Assembly (NCBI RefSeq): GCF_024521635.1 | Contig: NW_026250403.1 | Location: forward strand, 2,604,001 to 2,668,000 | Direction: 5' to 3' | DNA from: Tricharina praecox | Taxonomy: Eukaryota | DNA length: 64,000 nucleotides | Shown here: positions 1-10,689 of the stretch, in pieces | How the letters are laid out: the number at the start of each line of letters is the position of its first letter | Numbering within the stretch: the first letter of the stretch is position 1 | Position numbers and translations under genes: made by a program | Notes under the pieces: model-generated | Told to the model about the DNA's origin: nothing | What the model saw: the letters and a program-made list of their open reading frames with translations, nothing else | The model's database searches: none

Positions 1-229
1 CCGATGGCTATGGTTATGGAGAATGGTTAGTCACCCTACTGGCATACTGTGATGTGTTGAAACTGATTGTGCGGTAGCTGGTGGTCTGGCCGTCACGAGC
101 GATCAGAAGCGCATGCTTGAGGTTGTGCCCGAGCACATCCACGACCGGTCGGGAATTTTCATGGGATCGTACGATGAGGTTAAGAAGGTCACTGAGATTT
201 ACGCTAAGTATGGTACCGTCACCAAATAA
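1..229 (+). CDS. FBP1: Fructose-1,6-bisphosphatase, 3' end only (gene starts before the window)
   Basis: Not in the ORF track. Splicing intron 26..77 (GTTAGT..CTGAT..TAG) gives PMAMVMEN/AGGLAVTSDQKRMLEVVPEHIHDRSGIFMGSYDEVKKVTEIYAKYGTVTK* (TAA 227-229), matching the fungal FBPase class I C-terminus. Confidence 0.9.
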
Positions 230-635
230 GTTTCGGCTTGAGGAGGGGATATGGAGGGAAGAATGATCGGTCTTGAGTTTTCGGTTGTTGGTGTTCAGGG
301 TGTATTTTATTGATTGATGTTTATGGCAAACAATTTGATGGCCTGGTTATTTATCATGTCTCGCTGCTCCCGCCTATTGTGCCCGAGTAGTTTCAGGGGG
401 GGTGGTTATCAATTTTATTTTGCATACAGCCTGTCTATGCCCGAACAGTGGGTAGAGCAGATTAATGCGAGATGTGCATAAGCCCGAGTGACATCACGTG
501 GAAGCCGCATCGAAGTCATTGATTATGATACCATCGTATGATGCAACAATTCCCTCGATACGCCATACGCTACCATTCAACGCTCATAGGGATATCAAAA
601 CCCATCCAACGCTCCCGGGGATGTCAAAACCGCGT

Positions 636-1367
636 CTACACCTTTCTCGCCGCATTTTCCACCGTCTCCCTCTGCACCTCTTCATACCCCGGCGGGGCAT
701 CCGCGGGCACAGGGCCATGACCCAGCGCATCCACACTTGGCGGCGGGGGGCCAGAGTCTTCATACGTCGGCAGATCCTCGAGATGGACACCAGCGCCGCC
801 GCCATTCTCGATCACCTGCTGGACGCGCTCCCGTACGCGCTCGAACGTGGTGCTGAAATCGAAAGCGCCGCCGTCCTTAAACACCAGCTTCATCTCTATC
901 GCGGACGTTGTCGCCGGGAGCCCGCCCGAGGCCACCGGGTTCACCGCGCACGACCACGTGTTCGGCCCGAAAAACGGCGCGGACACCCGGCTGTCGAGGA
1001 GGTGCGTCAGTGGTGCGCTGAAGGACTCGAGGACGGGTGTCGGCGTGCTCGGGATGTAGATAACCTGTGCGGACGGTTAGTTGGGGGAATCCCGGGGCGG
1101 CGGCAGGGGGACTAACTCGTTGGTTCGTGATTATTACTACCCCCGACGATGAGGTGATGTTGAGCGGGTTTTGGCCGGTCGAGGTCAGCGCGAAGGTGGT
1201 GCGCGCTGGTGAGGTGTAGAGTGTGCGCTCGTTCGGCAGGGCGACGAAGGTGTGTGGGCTTGTTCCGAGCATTACCCAGCTGTTGGGTTGTTAGCTAGCT
1301 GCTCTGATCTGCTCTGAGCTATGGCGCGATGGAGGGGATGGCGGAGGCTAAGTTACTTTAGAGACAT
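636..1367 (-). CDS. WW-domain-binding protein 2 (WBP2)-like / UPF0664 GRAM-PH protein
   Basis: Three exons (1367-1357, 1279-1117, 1064-636) with canonical splice sites. Protein MSLNWVML..FVALPNE..GVVIITNQRVIYIP..ESFSAPL..VSAPFFGPNTW..KLVFKDGGAFDF, with C-terminal LPTY and PPGY PY-type motifs. Confidence 0.85.
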
Positions 1368-1728
1368 TTTTGCGGTGGTGAAGATGGTGGTGAGAATTCT
1401 AGGATGTTTTGGGTCAGTCCACACAGTTATGGTGGTGGTGATGGTGGTGGTGATGGTAGTGGTGTTGGTGGCAGCTGAGCATTTGAAAGAGAGCTGCGTT
1501 GGAGGTTGGATGAGCTTGAAAGTCGGATTGCGGCAATTGGTGGGGCGGGAACAACTCATGCGAACAACCGCCACTACCTGGTTAGTGGTATTGTGGCTAA
1601 TTATCTGTGGCTAACATACGTCATTTGGTCACGGAATATCACTGAACGAATCTGCACAATATCACGACAAACAGGCACTCATTTCTCCCAAAACCTATCT
1701 AGCCTGGGGATTCGAACCCCTCCAACCT

Positions 1729-4392
1729 CTACTGGCGAGGATGGTACATCGGTGGAAAGTAGTGGTTGCGCTGGCCGCTGCTTCCACTACGACTACGAAA
1801 CGCAGCCGCGTGCTCGTACGGACCCTGACCCGGGCCACGACCGGGAGGACCGGCACGAACATGGGCCTCCTCGTAGTCAGAGAAGGAGAAGCCTCTAGAG
1901 GTGAAGCCGGCCGGCCCATCAATATAGTTGGGCAACCAGCGTGGCGGAGGGGCAGGAATTCCCGAACCGGGAACGGTTTCCGGCATGATGGGCTCGGTCG
2001 CCGCGGGCATCTGACCCCTGTTAGAGTCGTAGATGAGCCCAGTCGACGACCGGAACGTGTTGAAGGCTTCCAGCATCTGGAAACCGGCCTGTAGGATTTC
2101 TTTTAGTTACGTGTCGTACAGAATGGAAGAGAACAGAGCTTACCTCGCCGTAGAGTTCCTGAGTATCCCTACTGCAGGAGACGTTCTTACCCTCGTTGTT
2201 GCTGTCTGATATCAGTATTTTTCTATTGCAAACATGGGCATGTAGGATGACTTACGCAACGAAGATATGGCGCAAGAACGACATCGGAACGTCCTTGACA
2301 TACAGCCAGCGGATGTCGAACCGCCCCTTCCACCTGCGCTCGGTCCAGATCCCGACCATCGTGTCCTGGTCGTGGGTGCTGAGCATTTCAGCAACACCAC
2401 AGAAGCGTCCACTTCCGTTTACGGAGAAGAACAAGAGCACATTGCCATAGCCGTGATGAGCCCTGAGGGCCTCGCTCAGACGCCTGTTGCCGAGCTCGGT
2501 TGAGGTCCAGATACCCCACTTGAGGGCGCTGTACACATCCATCTCGTTGGTGGACTTGATGACGAAGAATCTGGTCTTCAAGTTATTAGCTGACTTATCT
2601 ATCAGTATTGGGGTCACTGGGATATACATTGCTGTTCCACTTCTTCAGGACTGGGTTGATCTCGTTCTGTAGGACCGCCCAGTTCTCGGCCCTAGCAACG
2701 TGAAGCGCATCAAGACCACGCATGAAAGGCTTCTTACGGCGACCATCAGCCTCGTGGGTCTCCGTCTCTCCAGTTTGAATTGCACCGAAGCCCTGTGCCA
2801 ACTGCATCTGCTGGGCCTGAGCAATCTGTAGCTGATGCTGGACCTGAGCAATGTGCATCTGCTGCTGTTGCTGCTTTTGGTATTCAGACATCGAGGAGAG
2901 CTGAGACTGCGAAGTAATGTGCATCTGCTGCTGCTGCGCCTCGTTGATTAACTGCAACTGTGAGTGGTAAGGAGGCAGCATTTTCGTCTGTTGGAAAGGT
3001 TGCAGAGTCTGCAAGGGCCTGGAATGCTGATGATGCTGATAGTTGTGATGGTTCTGATGATTCTGATGGTGCTGATTATGCTGATGATGCTGCTGCTCGT
3101 TCGAAATATTCTGCATATCAACCGAAGGGATGTATTTCTGAGCCGCCGAATCAAATCCACCAACATGAGAAATGTTGACCGGCAAAAGAGCTAGGTTCCT
3201 GGTCGACATCGAAGCCGAAGCGTTCGTAAATCCTTGAAACGGGTAGTTGGCCTGACCGTTCTGGCCATGCATCTGGGAATATTCGGGCAGTCCAGTCTGT
3301 GCTTGAAGGAAGTCCCGGCCACTCTGTGCAGGTGTTTGGTCGAAGCTACTGGCAGCATGTGTAGGATTAAGTCCCAAAGACCTCGGGGCGGCATTCTGCG
3401 CAATAAAGGTGCGGAGAAGAGCGTTTTGCTTCATAATATCGTCATGCAGCTGATCATTCTGTGTCATCTGTCCTTTAGCGGCGACCTGCTGCTTCTGAAG
3501 TGCAGTCTGGACAGCTTGGACGGCAACTTCCTGAGCGATCGCGCTCTGGACTGCCTGGGCGGCAACTTCCTGAGTGGTTGCGTCCTGGCTCTGAAGTGCT
3601 TTCTGAACAGCCTTGGAGGCCAGCAACTTGATGAGATCCGGCTGTCCATACTGGTTGCCTATTGGACCAGAATTATCCTCTGGTTCAACTGATTAGTACA
3701 CGGCCTTTCATCAGGATACCGTTCAGCTTACCGGTATTGTTATCCAAAGGAATGCCGCCTTCATTCTCCTCTTCATGTAGCCGACCTTCGCGGTGACGAG
3801 CTCCGAGCTCTGTAGCACTGCGACTGTAATGGCGCTCCAAGAAAGGGCGTTCCGCCTGAGTCTGATTCTGCTCTTCTCCAACGGCCTCCCTGGAACGACC
3901 CCCACTGATATACACACGACGGAGTGAATTGAGTCCCTCACCAGTGAAATTCTCGAGAGCCTGACGCTCAGTCTCAGACAAGATGTAACCTCCATTAGGA
4001 CCCTCTAGGACGAAAGAAGGACCAGCGGGAGCAGTGTCACTCTCCTCCTCACTCGGACGGAGCTCTGGAGCGCTATGACCCCGACGGACTGCGCGCGAAC
4101 CGATCGGGCCGAGATCACTCTGGTTGTTACGCAGTCTCGGCATCGGCTGGACGTACAGGTTCTCTATGCTGTTGGTATTTGCGCGGCGGAGACTGCGGTC
4201 GGTAGCTCCCGGAGGCGCAAGGAACCCGTTGATGCTGTTGTATGTCGGCATCTCTTCTTCTTCCTCTGTATCCCAAGCTTTAGCATTCTCGACTTCGGAA
4301 CTATCATCATCTGAAATTTCGCCCCCTAGGTAGAAAACGAATCGCTTCTTCTTCTTGTCCGGCAAAAGCGACTGCTTCTTGTCTGGCGACAT
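1729..4392 (-). CDS. YTH-domain protein, YTHDF/Pho92(Mrb1)-type m6A reader with Q/H-rich low-complexity region (about 815 aa)
   Basis: Five exons (approx. 4392-3732, 3680-2628, 2576-2256, 2201-2144, 2088-1729) join in frame. YTH domain: RFFVIKSTNEMDVYSALKWGIWTSTELGNRRL..LFFSVNGSGRFCGVAEM..GIWTERRWKGRFDIRWLYVKDVP..LRHI..NNEGKNVSCSRDTQEL. The start ATG (MSPDKK) is the least certain element. Confidence 0.88.
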
Positions 4393-5049
4393 CGAGAAGA
4401 GTTGGAAATGGGTGAGTGTGGAGGGTTTGAGGGACTTGGAGGGAGAAAGGAAGAGGGAGAAAGGAAGAGGGAGAAGCAGAAGAGGATGAGACGGAGGAAG
4501 GTGATGAGGAGATGGAGGATGAGGAGGAGAAGAAGTAGGAGGATGCGAAGGAGGAGGCAACAAACGACAATAGGAAAGTAAGGAGGGCGAGTTCGTACTT
4601 GCGCGTGTTATCCTTCAGTTCGGCCAATGAGGTACAGCCGTGCACTATTCTCGGCGTGCCAAACGACATCAGTCAGCGATTTCGTTCCAATCCAAATGGC
4701 ATCTGTAGCGGTCTAGCATAAAAGTAAAGAATCGGACAATTCTCGGTGTCGCCGAAGTGATTATCGTCTTCTCTGCCGCGGTGAAGGCGCGAGTGGAGCT
4801 ACGAGCCATATGCTGTGGCTGAAGCCCACGAGAACTTAACATCCAAGAGTACTTACGGATCGTGTGGATGCGAAATGATGCCTGGAAGATGTTAGGAAGA
4901 TGCGAAATGATATCTGGAAGTGGGGAGATATACCAAAGAGAGCAGAAAAAGAAATGGCAGAGATGAGAAGGTGGTTGAGGGAGTAAAGAGAGGAGCGAAG
5001 ATGGTAGAGAGTCCGAAGAAGGATGGAGGATGAACGAATGTCCTATTCG

Positions 5050-5059
5050 TAGCCGCCGA
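5050..5059 (+). promoter_or_regulatory. URS1-like element TAGCCGCCGA upstream of the YTH gene
   Basis: Exact match to the budding-yeast Ume6 URS1 consensus, about 660 bp upstream of the YTH ATG. Function in this lineage is not shown. Confidence 0.3.
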
Positions 5060-5651
5060 CGAAGAGAGAATATACAGAGAGCCGCGCTTGCCATCTTGAA
5101 TTTCTTCCTCGCTGCAGTCACTCGCAAATACCTACACTCGACATCATTTCAAGAGTCACGTGCACACGGACCATTTTGATCCGAGATCAGGATATACAGT
5201 ACTACGGAGTGGAGATTAGATACGGATGAGATGGACCAGAATATACGGGGAGAAATGTTCATGATTTGGCACCAGTTACGTGGCCAGCCTCCACCGATAT
5301 CACTCGTCCACAGTAAATCACTCCGATATTCGGGCACTCAGATATTTGGGCATTCTGACCGGCTTCAACGGTCAAAAGAAGAGACAGAGGGCAGGCGGCA
5401 AGAGCGGTCATGCAGGCCCATTTCAGTCTTTACCGTGTATCTAAATTTCTGGGACAGGCCGGGGCGGAGGGCAGGGAAAGCCACATCGGTGAATCAATTA
5501 TCGGTTTGTAGAAGTAAAGACATACAAAAAGAAATGCAAGATTAGGTACTAGAACGTCAACACACGATCATGTAAGCTCACCGCAACCGGCAACAAAAAC
5601 AATGTTTCAGTCGAATCACTACCCCCGTAGATCTAACTCGCGTTCACTCCA

Positions 5652-8094
5652 TCAAACTCCTACGTAGACTTGGTTTTCCTGCTGGGAGACATTCCCGAAA
5701 ACTGGGGATTCGTTCCTGGCAATAGGAGCATCCAAGGAAGCGGGGACGTCGTCGAGGTCAAAATCCTGATCCTGATCCATCTCGTTTCCTTTGGCTTCAT
5801 ACCTCTTCTCGGACTCTTCATTGCTCGTATCTCCCTTGGTTTCATATCTCTTGACTTCATGTCCGGTGGGGGTATCTCCCTTGCCAACATCGTCTTCGGC
5901 TTCAATTCCACTGCGGTACTGTGGGGATTATTCAGTTTCTGTCTCGGTTCCTTAAGGCAACAAAGGGAAAAAGAGACTTACGTGATGTTCGATGTTCTTC
6001 AAGGGGTTGCGATACTCCGCATGCATGCGTGCTTCGGTCTCCTTTGACTTCGTAACGCGGTAATGCTGGAGGTCGAGGCCGCTGCTCTTGTTCCTGGTCG
6101 ATGCCTCCGTGAGGACAGCAAATCCTTCATCAACGAGACGTTTCAAAAAGATAATGGCTGCATCGCGGGTGCACTCTGCATTTTTAACTATTAGTTAGCT
6201 GATTATTCGATGGGATTGGTGTGGGAACATACGAAACTCGGCCGCGAGGACATCAATCGAGGTTGGAAACTGTTCAGCCAGCCAGATGTAAGAGAGGCCA
6301 TGGCGGAAGAAGGCTAGGTCCTTCATACTCTGCAGGAGGGGCTTCTCGGTGGTTCCGTTGAGCAGGCAATCGTAGCAGTAATGTGCGTCAGGGATGCGGG
6401 GATCCTTTACGGAATTGTAGCCGTAGCATTGAGCATGCTGCCATTCGTTGCAGATGTCACAACAAAGCATTCCTCCATCATCCGCTACCGTATCTCCGCA
6501 TTGGCAAGAGATTATATCCTTCCTCCGAGCTCGTCTCGCTTTAGGGGTTTTGTTTTTTCTCCGTTTCTTCTTCTTCAATTCCTCGCACTTAGCGTCCGAC
6601 AGAACCAACAATTGCAATTTCGTGGTGTTTATAAGCTCGTTGGAATTTTCACTAGCACCTGGTTCGCCAATGACTGACTGCTTGTGGCTGGAAATGGGCA
6701 TGTGGCTGGGAGGGTGCATCTGGTTGGGAGGAACCGCCTGGGTTTGAGAGGACATCCCCTGTGTGGGTGTTGCATCCGCTGGCCGCGGATCCGACTGCAA
6801 CAGATGCTCGATGTACTCCTTTTCGAGAGTTTCTCCGGAAACTGTTGGCTCTTCAGCCATGGGAGTTTCCCGGATGATCTCCTGGCTCTGGCTAACGTCC
6901 GGCATTTCAGTATCCTGACCATCAGCTGGTTGTGGGACAGCCTTGAAACCGATGGTGTCCGCCTTGTCCTGGATATCTGGTAGAGAATCGCCAGCAGATT
7001 GCTGAGTGGCCTTAACCCGGAAGGGATCCGGAGCGCTCGACTGAGAATCGTTGACGGATTGTTGAGAAGATTGGACACGGAAAAGGTCAAGGACATCTGT
7101 CAAAGGTTGGAAGTCGTGGTAGGGTTCAATATCGTCGTCAACATTGAAAATCCGCGAAGTCATCCGGCGTCCAGGCCGCCCTACAACCGGCTCAGGGTTC
7201 TCACAGCTCGCAACTCGAAGCGAAACCCTGGGAGATCATGTTAGTCGTTTCTAGGAGAGAAAAGCTATGTGGTGTCGAAGGGTAAGTTTTACGCATGGAT
7301 TCCGGTGTCCATCACCCCGCACTGCTGGCGCACAACATCACCTGCCATCCCGAAACTGCAGACATCCACATTGAGTCTGTGAAATCCAGGAGGATCATAT
7401 TCCGGAGGAGTATAGTCCTGGTAATGCAAGCGGATGGACAACCAACGAGAATCTAGTCAGCGATGTGGAGTTAGCGACGACTTACGGTACACATCATCAA
7501 CAAGAACCTACCCGGCAAAGCGTGGAGTGCTTCCGTGATGGCGAGTAGGTTTCTCGTGAGTTGCTGCACCTTCTTGTGGGCATCTGCGACGACAACCTCT
7601 CTTCCGATTTGGTTTTTAATGTGAAGGGAAACTCCTTCCTGTTCATGGTAGGAGAAGGAGAAGGTGTACGACTCAATGACCTGTTCCGGATGATTCTCGT
7701 CGGTGTATATACCTAGCTGCAGCGCCTTGAGATGGCCGTCCTTCAGCGCTTGAAACACACCGGTCTCGATGTAATCCAGTAGGCGATCAGCGAACTTGTT
7801 GACGCCCTTCTGGAGACGAGTGATTTTGACTCCCTGTCCCCGGCGCCCCGTTTCTGCCACTCCAGTAGAAAATGCGCGATAGTTTTTAGCATACTCGGGT
7901 TCATAGCGCATCTTCGTGAAGCATTCGTCTGGAAACAAGCCTCTGATAAAGGCAAGAGAGCCAATTGACGCCCCAAGAAGGGTTTGAACAATCTGAAGAC
8001 TCTGCTCTTGCTGGAGACTCTGCTTTTGAACAATACTCTGCTGCTGCTGAATTGCAGCCGTCAATTTCGGGCGAAAAAGTTGAGCTTGAGCCAT
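5652..8094 (-). CDS. HOP1: Meiotic HORMA-domain axis protein (HORMA + PHD + winged helix)
   Basis: HORMA motifs QSLQIVQTLLGASIGSLAFIRGLFPDECF, LLDYIETGVFQAL, IESYTFSFSY, IRLHY..TPPEYDPPGF, MDTGIHAVSLRV. PHD finger CQCG..MLCCDICNEWQHAQCYGY..HYCYDC, then FLKRLVDEGF. Five exons join in frame. The 3' end (TGA 5654-5652) is less certain. Confidence 0.9.
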
Positions 8095-8272
8095 GACGGC
8101 GGTGTGAATGTGTAAGGAGAGTGGGTTTAAAGAATGAGTAAAATGAGATGAGTGAGAAAGGTGGAGACGAGGTCGGAATGGGTGGAAGTGAAAAGTAGAT
8201 GAGAGGTCAATGGGAGAAAAGTCAGGTAGTACCGTAGTAGTGATAGAAGATGAAGGAAGGTGATGATCGTAG

Positions 8273-9250
8273 TTTTTTTTTGTTTTTGTTTGCTCATTGA
8301 CTGCATGCGACCTATTTAGGACATGGCAATATACACACTCCATTTCCATGTCCACTGTCCAACCCAACTTCCATCAGGCGGCCCGATGTGGCTTCCCCTG
8401 CTGTCCGCCTTGGCCTTACCCGAAGATACATGTAGAGTGCACTACGGAAAGAAAGTTAGGAAAAAGAAGTCCGTTCCTCACACCGCCTCGCGCCCTGCCT
8501 CTTCATCAGGAGATGCCATGAAAGAGGGGGCAGTGGGGAACAGCGACAGTCACCCTGGTTCCTCAACTCCAGCGCCCTCATCCTCCTCTCGCCTCCTCTC
8601 CGCCTGTTTCTCTTCCCGCTCCCTGAGCTCTCACTCGGATAGGTGCCTCACTTTCTGCATCTTCCTCAGCGACCTCCGGGATCCTCCTTCCCACATCAGT
8701 GGTGGCGAGAAAGTCCAGGATAGCTTAGCTGCACCGCTCGTCTGCGAAGAGGTCACGGATCTTGAAGCGATCCTTGCCCCTCCCGAACCTCTGCTCACAG
8801 GATCTTCTGCCGGCTCTTCCATGCGGGGCAGCACCTGAAGAGGTGCCCCCGGGTTTGGGTCTGGTAGCGACACTATCCGCACCGAGCACGGGGGCAGCTC
8901 TTTCTCCACTGGAGGTACTGACCAGTGAGGCAGTGCCCCATCTTCAATTGGTAGAACCTCGAGGCTAGGTGGTTGGAGACCTGGTCCAGAATCGTGTCCG
9001 GTTTCTGGCAAGGTTTCTGGCTGTATTGATATTTCTTCCTGGTGACTTTCGCGTCGGCGCATGCCTTGGCCTCCTTCCGCTTGGCCTCCATGATCCCGCA
9101 CTTCAGGTAGGCGAGCGATGGCGGTGGCAGTGGTCCAGTTCCGTACTGGCTTAGGTAGCGGGATTCCTCCACTCCACGGGCGGTGGAGTTTTGTCGGCTT
9201 CCAGCTTGCCCCATTCGTCGGCCTTTTCGTTTCAAGGGATGCACATGGCG
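8273..9250 (-). mobile_element. 5'-truncated, decayed non-LTR retrotransposon (LINE; RNase H end, Cys/His knuckle, 3' UTR, A-rich tail)
   Basis: Minus-strand translation gives IP*NEKADEWGK (RNase H GNE.AD motif), LASRFYQLKMGHCLTGQYL..CG*CRYQTQTRGHLFRCCPAW (zinc knuckle) and FKIRDLFADERCS*AILDFLATTDVGR. In-frame stops at about 9232, 8873, 8795 and 8725, plus frameshifts. A-rich tail reads as a T-run at 8273-8291 on the plus strand. Confidence 0.85.
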
Positions 9251-9791
9251 GTCGTGGTGATGGTCTTGGAGAGTACCTAGATGAGATTACGACGAGTGAC
9301 TTGCCGTGCAGCCAAGATGATAAATCACCAACCTGGGTCTGTTTGCGAGATCGATAAGAGGATAGACTTTCCATCTACTGAAAGACAAAATCCTAGGGTA
9401 ATTTTTGAAGGTGTTTCGTACACCGAGAGTGTTTGTCGATGGCATCTCGCAAGTGACATGGACGCATTACTGAGAGGGTATGAAGGCAGAAGGTCTCCAA
9501 TACGAGCAAGTCTTCGGTATCGGTGCTATATCTGTAAAGGGAACATAGTGAAAGAGGAAGGGGAATTGCATGGCTATCAAAAATACAGATTTATAGATAT
9601 CTTGTACAAAAGTACTCCCCTTAGATTCGTTCAAACTCATCATTTTTTCTATTGAACCCGAACCCACACAAAACTCTCGCTCTCGTAACAGCCTTCAAGC
9701 CCCGGTCCACCATTAACCAGCCCTGAGCCATCATTTATTTGAGTTTTATACCCATTGAAAAGGTGTATTGGTATAATGATGTTGCCAGCGT

Positions 9792-10381
9792 TTACTTGAG
9801 CTTAGCGAACAACTTTGGGGCAGCGCATTGGGTGGTGCAGTGCATGAGGTGGAAGACTGTCCAGCTCCCGTCAGTTTACGATCAGTGCGGAATTGTACTG
9901 AATGGATTGCGATCGGGGGTGAGTTCTTACACTCCTCAACACAGTCCTCTTTGGGGCCCTTGTTGTCGGCGTCCTCGGCGGCGGCAGTGACACGCTCGAC
10001 ACACTCGTCGTAGTGGTGCTTAGCTGGAGAACATTCCTTGGTCTTCTCGCACTCTGTGACGCGAATTAGCTGAAGATTGCTTGGATCGGACATCCGGGCG
10101 GTTGATTCCCAGATGACGATAGCGTCATGGCGGCAATGGGCATCCATTGAAACGCAGTAATGAAACATACCCTCCAGGAGAGCGGGCATGATGTCCTCAG
10201 GCTCCTCTTCTTCTTCCTCCTCCTCCACGGGCTCCTCCTTAGTCTCCTCCTCTTCCGGCTCCTCCTGCTTAGCGGGCTCCTCCTCCTGCTCGGACTCGGG
10301 CGCGGCCGGAGGTGCGTCGGCGTGGACCTCACCAACGGTGAGCGAAGAGTAGAGGTCGGCAATGAACGATGTCAGAGACAT
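9792..10381 (-). CDS. QCR6: Cytochrome b-c1 complex subunit 6 (hinge protein)
   Basis: Three exons. Acidic N-terminal tract followed by ECEKTKECSPAKHHYDECVERV..KGPKEDCVEEFFHLMHCTTQCAAPKLFAKLK*. Confidence 0.95.
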
Positions 10382-10689
10382 ATTGGGCGGTCGGTGACGG
10401 CGGTGGTTGTTGTGATGGGGATTGGTTTTGACGAGGTGGGGGTGGAGAGGTGTCTCGGAGAGAGTTGAAGATGCGCGAAAAAAGAACGAACACTGATCGG
10501 GTCCGGCTGAAGGTGGGACGGTTGGTGGGAACTTTCTCGGCAGTAAATGGGGCTTGGTTGATTGGTCGTGCTTAGCTTAGTCACTAGCGTTGCGTTGCGG
10601 GTCCCGCTGCACGTCAAGTATCCCTTCCCTTTCCTGTGGTTAGAGAACTTCGCTGGATGTGTATTCTCCGCAACAAGGAGAAGCTCAGT

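Noticed and set aside
498..1115. 205-aa plus-strand ORF
   Set aside because: Antisense shadow of the spliced WBP2-like gene, with no recognisable motifs.
1700..1730. tRNA T-arm/B-box-like GGGGTTCGAATCCCC on the minus strand just after the YTH stop
   Set aside because: No D-arm/A-box, anticodon arm or acceptor stem can be built, and the upstream sequence is YTH coding DNA. At most an isolated B-box.
1729..8094. Premature UAG codons needing sexual-stage A-to-I editing in the YTH or HOP1 genes
   Set aside because: All apparent internal stops fall inside canonical introns, and the spliced frames are open.
8631..9374. 247-aa minus-strand ORF
   Set aside because: An off-frame reading of the decayed LINE. 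The retroelement motifs lie in other frames.
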